Source: an uncultured archaeon (lineage in GTDB: Archaea > Asgardarchaeota > Thorarchaeia > Thorarchaeales > Thorarchaeaceae). Taken from it: a stretch of 32,000 nt of DNA. Position 1 is the stretch's first letter, and the number at the start of each line of letters is the position of its first letter. Both the position numbers and the translations under genes were made by a program. The notes below the pieces were generated by a model. That model ran no database searches. It saw only the letters and a program-made list of their open reading frames with translations, and was not told the origin of the DNA. The stretch spans positions 30,001 to 62,000 of the forward strand of contig CAZYLT010000005.1 of NCBI GenBank assembly GCA_964648855.1, in the 5' to 3' direction. Of this stretch, positions 1-8,286 are shown piece after piece.

Positions 1-1584
1 TTTGAGAACCGGATGGCTGACCTGGCCTCAAACCTTCTTGTTGATTCCTTCAAAGAAAACCCTGAGGCGATTTTCAATGCTCTTTCAGTGCTAACGGAAA
101 TGAGCGAGAGTGATATCTCACAGGAGCTAGCTTCAAAGGGAGTACGAACAGGAAACGATTTGATAGAAGGATTCTCAATCGAAACTCCAGAAGAGGAAGA
201 TGACGGTGAATTAACTCTATCTCGAGAAGAGATGGAAGAGATTTCCAGGTCACTACGCAGGTTGGAGAAGATTGAACATACATTAGAAAAGCCAGTGAAA
301 GGAATGCTGCGCGCCAGAGGGTTTAGTTCATCAGAGATCGACAAGGTTTCCATTCAGACTCTGACCAAAAATCCTAGGGAACTGATTGCTACTGAATCCC
401 AAGTTATTGCTGAACTGAAAAAGAAATTACGCTTACCTTCGCCCGAAGAGATATCACAGTTGTTGGAGCTAAGGGCAGAATATGCGGATAAGAATCTGGG
501 TCAAATTGGATCTACCGCTGCACGAATGGGTCAGAAACTCCAATATGGCGAAACTGTGGAGAAACTCAAATATGATCTGGTGTGGCATCTAGTAATTTCA
601 CTGTTGAAGAACCTAGCCAGAGTCATTGAGATGTACATTCGTTCAAAGCATGATTTGGTTCGGATTAAGGCTATTCTCAAGAGCATTTACGAGGAGTCAG
701 AAATAGAACTGCAATTCCTCCGCGAAGAAATCCTCATGGATCTTGCATCTGACAGACTGCTAGAAACCAAGCGCGTACATCCGGACCTTGACGCCTCGAC
801 AATAAGATCTTGGTACCACGCAAGGCTTCAGGGAATAGATTTGAGCACTGCTGTATCAGAGGTTGAGAAGAGCCCTTCACCAGTTTTCAAGGGCATAGTT
901 GAGAAACCTCTGCAAACAGGGGCCCTCAAAATAGACAATTATGCTATTGCGTTTGACCTGATGCAGAGATTCCTTACTAAACAACGCCAAGAGAAATTGG
1001 AGCGAGAGGCTTTGATGATTGAAACAAAGAAGAGAGAAGCAAAGCTCCTTGAGTCTAAGAAAGACGAGTTGGATGTGATGAACTATGTTTCAACCAAAGC
1101 ATATACTGCCTTCCGTGCAATTGGTAGAGTAGGTAAGAGAGGTTTGGAGTGGAACTCAAACGATGACACCAAGCTGGCGAATTTGCTGTCCTTCTACATA
1201 AGGCGCAATCGAGGACGCACTATTTGTGCTGTTTGCGGAGAAGAGGTATCTGAAGGCTACTGCCCTCAACATGGCTCCGCAAATGTCCGAGATTCGAATG
1301 ATATCGATAACTTGAGCAATTTCGTTAGACAGGCTGTTTCAGACATCAAACAGGGTCTGACTGGAACTAAGAGTGAATCAATGACATGGGATGAAGCCCG
1401 TTCTCTTGTGAAAAGAGAAATCTCCAAGCTAAAGCAAAAGAGTAAACTCACAGGAAAAACTAATGTCAATAATTTGCTGCCCGGAGAAATCAACTATATA
1501 GTCGGCCCTGCAATCGCAAAGATTATCGGACGCTATTTCAACGACTCATTGAAATATGCTGCCCGTGGTGCAGATATCGCATAG
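1..1584 (+). CDS. Large helical/coiled-coil hypothetical protein (probably 5'-truncated by the window) with a C-terminal zinc-ribbon-like motif
   Basis: Frame is open from base 1 (ttt gag aac cgg atg); 523 aa from the first ATG; E/K/L-rich amphipathic helices; CAVC-x8-CPQH motif near 1225-1272. Confidence 0.75.
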   Translation, partial: FENRMADLASNLLVDSFKENPEAIFNALSVLTEMSESDISQELASKGVRTGNDLIEGFSIETPEEEDDGELTLSREEMEEISRSLRRLEKIEHTLEKPVKGMLRARGFSSSEIDKVSIQTLTKNPRELIATESQVIAELKKKLRLPSPEEISQLLELRAEYADKNLGQIGSTAARMGQKLQYGETVEKLKYDLVWHLVISLLKNLARVIEMYIRSKHDLVRIKAILKSIYEESEIELQFLREEILMDLASDRLLETKRVHPDLDASTIRSWYHARLQGIDLSTAVSEVEKSPSPVFKGIVEKPLQTGALKIDNYAIAFDLMQRFLTKQRQEKLEREALMIETKKREAKLLESKKDELDVMNYVSTKAYTAFRAIGRVGKRGLEWNSNDDTKLANLLSFYIRRNRGRTICAVCGEEVSEGYCPQHGSANVRDSNDIDNLSNFVRQAVSDIKQGLTGTKSESMTWDEARSLVKREISKLKQKSKLTGKTNVNNLLPGEINYIVGPAIAKIIGRYFNDSLKYAARGADIA

Positions 1585-1598
1585 ATTCGCGCATTGGA

Positions 1599-1913
1599 CT
1601 AGTTCACAACATCCGAAATCCACTCTAGGTATGCTTTTGCCCCCGATTCAATGTCAAATACAACGAATTCTGGGACCTCGTAGGAGTGGGATTCTTCAAC
1701 GATTGCTTGTAAGTCCCTGATGTGTTTCCCGACTGTCTTCATAACCAAAATTGATTCTATTGATCTTTCCACCTTGCCTTTCCAATGAAATATGCTATGA
1801 ACATTTTCGATTACGTTGACACAGGCCGCCTTTCTTGATTCTGCAATTACCAATGCCAGTTTGTATGCTTCTTCTACAGGGCAGGTAGTTAATGCAAGCT
1901 TGTATTCCGTCAT
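1599..1913 (-). CDS. cutA: Divalent-cation tolerance protein CutA
   Basis: Motifs TTCP..EA, AACVN, SIFHWKGKVE, MKT, HSYEVPE, YLEWI; start reassigned to ATG at 1913 (104 aa), which removes the overlap with the divergent gene. Confidence 0.93.
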   Translation of the reverse strand: MTEYKLALTTCPVEEAYKLALVIAESRKAACVNVIENVHSIFHWKGKVERSIESILVMKTVGKHIRDLQAIVEESHSYEVPEFVVFDIESGAKAYLEWISDVVN

Positions 1914-1981
1914 ATATCCTATAGTGCAAGAGATACATATATACAGAATGCTGGAATCGAAACAAATGTCTGGTGACATTA

Positions 1982-3382
1982 ATGGGCAAGAAGTTTTATC
2001 CACAGGGTGTGATGCCCGCCCTCGTGACTCCATTTACCAAAGATGGAGACATGATGGAGGAGAATTTTCAGCAAGTAATTGACTATACAATCGAAAAAGG
2101 TGTTACTGGGGTTGTTCCCGCAGGAACCACCGGCGAGTTCGTATACATGAGAACGGAGGAACGAAAGAAACTCCTACGCCTAACGGTAGACTATGTCAAT
2201 GGCAGGGTTCCAGTAGTTGCCGGGACAGGTCAGAATAGCACAAGAGCGACCATAGAACTGACCAAATATGCTGCTGATATCGGTTGTGACGCAGCACTGG
2301 TAATTTCCCCATTCTACCTTCGACCAAGTGATAAGGGCTACTTTGAACACTATCAAGCGGTCGCGCTAAAAGGGGGACTACCTGTTATTGCATACAATAT
2401 TCCTCAATGCACGTTGGGATGGCTGCAATCAAATGTACTTGAAGACTTGGCTGAGATTGACACCATGGTTGGCGTTAAGGATAGTAGCGGCAACATCGGT
2501 CATACAGTAGAGCTTATTCAGAAGCTTAGAGGAAAGATGTCAGTAATCATAGGACATGATGAGTGCTTTCTATCAGCTGTTGCTGCAGGGGCTGATGCTG
2601 CAATAATGGCGTCGGCAAATATCATGCCACACTTGTGGCTGGATATAATGAAGGAAGTGAAAGATGGCAATTTTGGCAAAGCAAGAGATTTGCAGCTCTC
2701 AGCTCAGACCTTTGCACGAATTGTCACACGCCACGGCGGCGCTCCTCCAGTAAAGGCTGCGCTAAGAATGATGGGCATAGATGCGGGAATTGCAAGAATG
2801 CCTTTGAACAGTGGCGGCACACTCACCGTCGAATTGAAGGATGAAATTAGGATCGAACTCGAGAAGCTTGGTCTTATCGAAAAGAAGGATCATAAGGAGC
2901 TCAAGACTGATCTTGATGTTCTTAAGGCAATAGAGAAGCAAGGATTCAAGATTTCAAATCCAGAGATGATAAAGACTTCACGCATTCATAATGATATAAT
3001 TTCAGTAGGGGTTGCTGTAGGCGCAAAGACGGGAGATCTTGGTCGTGCTTTTGCCAGGTTACTAACAACTCCCCGAAATGGTCATGAAGCCCTGACGATA
3101 ATTCTCGAGCCAAACCTTGCCGTAAAGCCTAGTAGTATCATGTGGCCTGCAAGGAGAATAAAATCAATGCGCCAGGCTTCCATGTTTTATGGACCGGTCC
3201 AATCCGGCGCTGGGAAGGCAATTTCTAGGCTCTTGCGAGATAATAGAATTCCTAGTGAGGCGTTGAATAGCCAGGCCATACTGATTGTTGCAGACATTGA
3301 CTTGAATTACAGGGATAGGCGAGCAGTGACACACGCAACAGAAGAAGCAGTACGTACTGCATTAGAGGAGATTTGGAGGTAA
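1982..3382 (+). CDS. DapA/NAL-family class I aldolase fused to a degenerate formaldehyde-activating enzyme (Fae) domain, paralog 1
   Basis: PALVTPF, GTTGE, PFY, YNIP, KDSSG (Schiff-base Lys codon 2477-2479); C-terminal AF..L..GH..L..LEPNLAVKP..IK..RQA.MFYGPVQ matches the Fae core; GGTGA SD at 1972-1976 supports ATG 1982. Confidence 0.88.
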   Translation: MGKKFYPQGVMPALVTPFTKDGDMMEENFQQVIDYTIEKGVTGVVPAGTTGEFVYMRTEERKKLLRLTVDYVNGRVPVVAGTGQNSTRATIELTKYAADIGCDAALVISPFYLRPSDKGYFEHYQAVALKGGLPVIAYNIPQCTLGWLQSNVLEDLAEIDTMVGVKDSSGNIGHTVELIQKLRGKMSVIIGHDECFLSAVAAGADAAIMASANIMPHLWLDIMKEVKDGNFGKARDLQLSAQTFARIVTRHGGAPPVKAALRMMGIDAGIARMPLNSGGTLTVELKDEIRIELEKLGLIEKKDHKELKTDLDVLKAIEKQGFKISNPEMIKTSRIHNDIISVGVAVGAKTGDLGRAFARLLTTPRNGHEALTIILEPNLAVKPSSIMWPARRIKSMRQASMFYGPVQSGAGKAISRLLRDNRIPSEALNSQAILIVADIDLNYRDRRAVTHATEEAVRTALEEIWR

Positions 3383-3387
3383 AGAGA

Positions 3388-4860
3388 ATGACCGATTTCA
3401 GGTTTAAAGGTGTATATCCAGCGCTTGTGACTCCTTTCGATGCAAATGGCGTCGAAGAGGAAGAGTACAGAAATCTGATTGATTTCACTATAAAATCAGG
3501 AGCCACCGGCATAGTGCCATGTGGTACAACTGGTGAGTTCACATCAATGCGATTCGAAGAAAAACTGGATGCAATTGAAATTGCCTGTGACGCCGCTAAG
3601 AACCGTGTGCCAGTTATTGCTGGAACTGGCGCCGCGCATACAGGGGACGTAATCAAGTTAACACGAAGAGCCGCTGAATATGGCGCAAGTGCTGCTCTTG
3701 TGGTCACACCCTACTTCCTCAAACCCAGTAACAAAGAGGTATTCGAGCACTTTGAAAAGGTTGCTAATAACTCTGATATCCCAATATTCATGTATAACAT
3801 ACCTCAAGTAACTGGAGTTCCCATGCATTGGACCCTAGTTGACGGTCTTCGGGAAATCGATGGAATCATCGGAATGAAGGATTCGAGTGGAAACCTAATC
3901 AATCTCACAACAATCCTCGTAAGAAGACCAGACGATTTTCAGGTAGTGGTCGGGCACGATGAGGTCGCATTACCGGCCCTGGCAAGTGGATGCGATGGTG
4001 CTATTCTTGCAAGTGCAAACATATTCCCTGATAGATACATCAGGATGCAGAATGCTCTAGCAGCAGGTGACCTCCGAGAGGCTCTAATCACCCAAAGGAG
4101 TATACAACGGACAGTCAGAATCATCGTAAACAAGGGTGGTGGGCTTGCTGTCAAGGCTGCACTCAACATGATGGGCATACCCGTTGGAAAAGCTAGACCT
4201 CCTTTGATTGAAGGCGATGTCTTGAGTTATGAGGATATTGATGAATTACGTACCTGCCTAGAAGACTTGCAGCTGATTCCTCGAGGACGCGTAACATTCA
4301 GAGCAGGTGAGAATTCCATTGTGGCTGAAGCATATCCAAAGGCAGTTGGCCTGGTTCCAGACTCTGTAGATGATATCTCATTGTTACATGGTGAGTCGCT
4401 TTGTGGTGGAGGTACAGAGGTTGCCCATGTTGACTTGATTGTGGGGCTACGAGATGGACCTATGAAAGAAACACTGAAGAATGCTGGAAAGATCAAGGAT
4501 GGCTTTCATTCCTCCAACATCATTAAGAGTTTAGAACCGACTACTGTCTTTGCACCAACAGTTACTGTGACAACCGAGAAACACCAGAAGCTCATCTATG
4601 ATGTTGCACAGAAAGCCGTTTCTGATGCTGTTTCCCGATCAATCACTGATGGCGTAATTCCAGAGGAGCTAGTCGATGATCTCATATTGGCTGTGAATGT
4701 TTTTGTGCATCCTGATGCAACCAATCCAAGGCGGGTTCATATCAACAACTTCAGAGCAGTGCGTCATGCATTACGCAGAGCAATCGAAGGTAGACCGTCA
4801 AGGGCCGAGATTGAAGCCCGGATTGATTCCGCTAGGCACCCATTCGCCTACAATCCATAA
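3388..4860 (+). CDS. DapA/NAL-family class I aldolase fused to a Fae domain, paralog 2
   Basis: PALVTPF, GTTGE, PYF, YNIP, KDSSG (Lys codon 3877-3879); C-terminal GESLCGGGTEVAHVDLIVG ... VFVHPDA ... RAIEGRP ... ARHPFA is a clear Fae signature; GGAGGT SD at 3375-3380; 5 nt after the paralog 1 stop. Confidence 0.9.
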   Translation: MTDFRFKGVYPALVTPFDANGVEEEEYRNLIDFTIKSGATGIVPCGTTGEFTSMRFEEKLDAIEIACDAAKNRVPVIAGTGAAHTGDVIKLTRRAAEYGASAALVVTPYFLKPSNKEVFEHFEKVANNSDIPIFMYNIPQVTGVPMHWTLVDGLREIDGIIGMKDSSGNLINLTTILVRRPDDFQVVVGHDEVALPALASGCDGAILASANIFPDRYIRMQNALAAGDLREALITQRSIQRTVRIIVNKGGGLAVKAALNMMGIPVGKARPPLIEGDVLSYEDIDELRTCLEDLQLIPRGRVTFRAGENSIVAEAYPKAVGLVPDSVDDISLLHGESLCGGGTEVAHVDLIVGLRDGPMKETLKNAGKIKDGFHSSNIIKSLEPTTVFAPTVTVTTEKHQKLIYDVAQKAVSDAVSRSITDGVIPEELVDDLILAVNVFVHPDATNPRRVHINNFRAVRHALRRAIEGRPSRAEIEARIDSARHPFAYNP

Positions 4861-5193
4861 GACAGGTCTTTCCCATATAATTGAAGTCTGTTCCAATTGG
4901 CATTAATCGATGGAGCGATATTCGGTCTCTTCAACCGAGTTAATGCAAAAATCAAACATTTGTCCATTTGTTAAGTCTGCTGCATGCTATCATGTTCTCT
5001 AGTTGCCTATGAATAGTACGTCCTGTCATGCCCATTGAAGACTTCTCTAGAAAGCCCAATGGAATGCAATAAACGGGGATTTCAACAGCCTCACTTCCGT
5101 CTATTCCTATATATAGCTGGGTGTGGACTGCATTCATGCGTCTAGCATCCTAACGGCGATGGCGTCACCACCGCATCCGTGGAATGAAAAAAT

Positions 5194-5415
5194 ATGGTTG
5201 AGACCTGCATAATCCAGCTGAAGGAGCTACCCTCACGCAGTTTACAGAGTCAAGTGCGAAGCTTCATCAATGGACAGAAGGTGTCAGTTATGGACTCATC
5301 TGGACGACTCTATGAAGTAGGAATCAAACAGAACAAGCTGGTTTTGATATCCGATGACATCTACTATGCCTACAAAACTGACGGGGATTGTGGGTTGGGT
5401 TCTGTGTCCTACTGA
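5194..5415 (+). CDS. Small hypothetical protein (73 aa)
   Basis: ATG-started ORF with plausible alpha/beta composition in an otherwise empty region; TATA-like tatatata at about 5108-5115; no recognised family, no clear SD. Confidence 0.5.
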   Translation: MVETCIIQLKELPSRSLQSQVRSFINGQKVSVMDSSGRLYEVGIKQNKLVLISDDIYYAYKTDGDCGLGSVSY

Positions 5416-5601
5416 TTGAGCAAAGACGGGTCTCAGCCACCCTCTCATTTTAGAATCTAAGAAACAATGTGGCAAGTTTCAGCCTGCTCTTGGGTCTTCA
5501 TAGCCTCGTGGCTCAGACAGGGGTAGCGTCTTCATCGACCGCTAAATAATTGGAAGAAAGATTACTTATCAATATGTGGCACTATGCGAACATTCGGCTA
5601 A

Positions 5602-6122
5602 AACATTCATCTTCTGGAATCAAAGCTGACCATCGAGTTCTGGGTGGAGGTGTAGGGTGCTAATTATGGTAGTGCCATTGGTATCTGCGCTGCTGCAAGA
5701 GACCCCCGCATCGATGCTTTATGTCTTCGTGCACCTGTTTATGATACGTTATGGTTCGCCCAATCACCTGGATTCGCCCTGCAGCTAATCACATCGTGGA
5801 AACGGGTCCAAGTCAAGTAAGAGGTATTGCTGAGCGTGACACTCAAGGCCTGATTCTCAAGACTCTGGTTGATGACGCAAAGATACACAATCCAATGAAC
5901 GCGATATCTAAGATCTCTCCTCGTCCATTATTCATCATTCACGGTTCCGATAATCAAGGCATCGACTTGGCTGGAGTCAAGCGTCTTTTTAAAGCGGCTG
6001 GTGAGCCAAAGGACCTAGCTGTTGTTGAAGGTGCTGACCATGTATTATCTGACCCCACTGCGTATGAGATTACAATGGAATCCACGGTTTATTGGTCTTC
6101 AAATATATCCAAAGCAAGATAG
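5602..6122 (+). pseudogene. Decayed alpha/beta-hydrolase pseudogene
   Basis: One frame reads LLESKLTIEFWVEV*GANYGSAIGICAAARDPRIDALCLRAPVYD (nucleophile-elbow region, in-frame TAG 5653-5655), then shifts frame near 5768 into WIRPAANHI...ISPRPLFIIHGSDN...VEGADH; N-terminal part not recognisable. Confidence 0.8.
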
Positions 6123-6222
6123 GGCCGTAATTAGAGAAGGCGAAACAATAATACCCAGGGCACATGATAGGTTATTGCTAATGAAGGAAATTTGCTTCCT
6201 TCCAAAGCCGAGGTGACAAGAC

Positions 6223-7362
6223 TTGGATCGCAGCAGAATGACACAGCTCGCACAGCAACTTGTTTCCATAAACTCAGAGAGTCCTCCTGGCAGGGAAGAG
6301 GATGTGGCCAACTTCCTGAAGGAGTATATGGAGAACCAAGGAATCTCCTGCAGGAGCGTGGGCCCTACTTCTCGCCCGAACCTGTTATTTTCAACCCATG
6401 ATGGCGAAACTGCAGACCTCGTATTGCATGGGCATATGGATACAGTACCGGCTGGGAATATTGAGCAGTGGTCATATGACCCTTTCTCGGGAGCCATTGA
6501 GTCTGGTAGGTTGTATGGTCGTGGTGCGTGTGATATGAAGGGGCCGCTTGCTACCTTGGCTGAAACTATGATCTGCTATAAGGAGGAGAAACACCACACA
6601 CCACTTCTGATGCTTGCCACCTCTGATGAGGAAAGCGGATGTTCTGGAGCAGAGGAGATTGCTAACAGCGGGATTCTCAAAGGTGTTAGATATGGCGTCT
6701 GCGCAGAACCTACGTCACTAGACATTTTGGTTGGAGAAAAGGGCATGCTATGGACAAAGATATCGGCAAGAGGAAAATCAGCTCATGGGTCAAGGCCGGA
6801 AGAAGGCATTAATGCCATTGAGTGGTGTGTGAGAGCCACTTCGTTGCTCATTGAACAGGATTACCCTTACGAACCTGATAACGTCATGGGCGAGATGACC
6901 GTTAATCTTGGAATTATGAAGGGCGGCGTCAAAATCAATGTTGTTCCAAGTGATTGTGAATCACATCTAGACATGCGATTGGTAAAAGGCCAAACAATCG
7001 AGGGAATTATGGGAATCATGCAACAGGTTCTAGATGATGCCCAATTATCTGATAGGATTGAAATCGAATATATCCATGGAAAGCCTGCAGTGATCACCCC
7101 ACATGATTCCCCAATTGTTGAAATGGTAGTATCAGCTATCGAGTCCAATGTTGGGTTCAAAGGCAGTATGAAAGCCGCAACATATGGCACCGATTGCTCC
7201 GTTTTGCAGCCAAAAATTGGAATAACTAATGTCATATGCGGACCAGGGTCAATTGAACAAGCCCATCAGCCAGATGAATTTATAGAGATAGAACAAATGA
7301 AGCAGGCGGTAGAGGTATACTTGGATGTAGCTCGCCAATTCGATTCTCATGAACAGGAATGA
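6223..7362 (+). CDS. M20-family metallo-amidohydrolase (ArgE/DapE-like deacylase)
   Basis: HGHMDTVP, LYGRGACDMKG, SDEESG, AEPT, GKSAHGS.PEEGINAI, GG.KINVVP, GPGSIEQAHQPDE; GAGGTGA SD before TTG 6223. Confidence 0.92.
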   Translation: MDRSRMTQLAQQLVSINSESPPGREEDVANFLKEYMENQGISCRSVGPTSRPNLLFSTHDGETADLVLHGHMDTVPAGNIEQWSYDPFSGAIESGRLYGRGACDMKGPLATLAETMICYKEEKHHTPLLMLATSDEESGCSGAEEIANSGILKGVRYGVCAEPTSLDILVGEKGMLWTKISARGKSAHGSRPEEGINAIEWCVRATSLLIEQDYPYEPDNVMGEMTVNLGIMKGGVKINVVPSDCESHLDMRLVKGQTIEGIMGIMQQVLDDAQLSDRIEIEYIHGKPAVITPHDSPIVEMVVSAIESNVGFKGSMKAATYGTDCSVLQPKIGITNVICGPGSIEQAHQPDEFIEIEQMKQAVEVYLDVARQFDSHEQE

Positions 7363-7384
7363 ATTCTTTCGATTCTCTTAGGGT

Positions 7385-8182
7385 CTAGCCTTGCTTATCA
7401 CGAATCTTGGCACATCGTTTTGCTATTAGGCATGCAATTGAACCGGCTCCTAATCCATTACCAATATTCACGACTGCCAACCCTGGCGCGCAGGACTGCA
7501 ACATCGATGCTAGTGCTGTTTCTCCGTTTCCCCCGTATCCATATCCAATCGGTACCGGAAGCCCAATTACAGGAATATCAATTAGAGAAGCAACCACTGT
7601 GGGCAGAGCGCCCTCCATGCCTGCCACAACAACTACTGCGTCAACATCATTCTTGATAACTTCCTCCATAGGCTCAACCAAACGATGAATTCCTGCAACA
7701 CCTACATCATAGAATTTCAAAACCTCAACGCCCGTAACGCGAGCAATCATTTCTACCTCTATCGAAAATGGGATGTCTGATGTTCCTGCTGTGACTACGG
7801 CTATCTTCCCATTGATTTGGGGGGGCGACCAGTTCTCTGAGTAAACGAGTGCAGTATAATGACCCGATTTTCCAAGTATCTCCAAAGTGTAATCAGAAAA
7901 TTCCTTCTCTAGGTTACTTCTTTTTTCATCATCCACTCGTGTTGCCATTGCAACTCCATGTGTTGAAACTATGTTGTTCATAATGCGTATGAACTGCTCA
8001 GTGCCCTTTGTGTCAGCCAATACTACTTCCGGAATGCCACTCCTACTCTCCCTCTCTGTGTCTAAAGCTGCAAAATCGCTAACTCGCATAAGGGATAGAT
8101 TCCGCAATAACTGCTCCGCATCTTCGAGAGAGATTCTCTCTGCTACTAGGTCTTCGAGTAGCTTTTTGATATTGCTGGTCAT
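7385..8182 (-). CDS. larB: Nickel-pincer cofactor biosynthesis protein LarB (PurE-related carboxylase)
   Basis: D..R..RSGIPEVV, TAGTSD, DVGVAGIHRL, AGMEGALPTVVA, PVIGLP..GYG, MLQSCAPGLAVVNIGNG.GA; start moved to ATG 8182 with GAGGT SD. Confidence 0.9.
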   Translation of the reverse strand: MTSNIKKLLEDLVAERISLEDAEQLLRNLSLMRVSDFAALDTERESRSGIPEVVLADTKGTEQFIRIMNNIVSTHGVAMATRVDDEKRSNLEKEFSDYTLEILGKSGHYTALVYSENWSPPQINGKIAVVTAGTSDIPFSIEVEMIARVTGVEVLKFYDVGVAGIHRLVEPMEEVIKNDVDAVVVVAGMEGALPTVVASLIDIPVIGLPVPIGYGYGGNGETALASMLQSCAPGLAVVNIGNGLGAGSIACLIAKRCAKIRDKQG

Positions 8183-8286
8183 TTTTCTACCTCGTTTTCT
8201 TGCGGTCAACCCTCTCATGAGAAACCTTAAAGTTGACGTTTGATACGATGAAGCTCTGTATAAATGGACGATGAAGGTCATCAGAC

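Noticed and set aside
5155-5192. Resemblance of ggcgatggcgtcacc-accgc to the 5' half of a fluoride riboswitch
   Set aside because: P1 is mismatched and one base short, and the required 3' GCUxAUGAC pseudoknot segment is absent
5502-5542. tRNA-like 5' start (agcctcg tg gctcag acagg ggt agc)
   Set aside because: No proper anticodon arm, no GTTCRA T-loop and no 3' acceptor strand
5653-5655. In-frame TAG as a possible pyrrolysine codon
   Set aside because: It is accompanied by a frameshift, a missing N-terminus and mutated catalytic residues, so pseudogenisation is the simpler explanation
1982-7362. Lysine (DAP) biosynthesis cluster suggested by dapA-like plus dapE-like genes
   Set aside because: The aldolases lack the DHDPS Arg and carry Fae domains; the M20 enzyme cannot be assigned to DapE by motif; no dapB, asd or lysA is present
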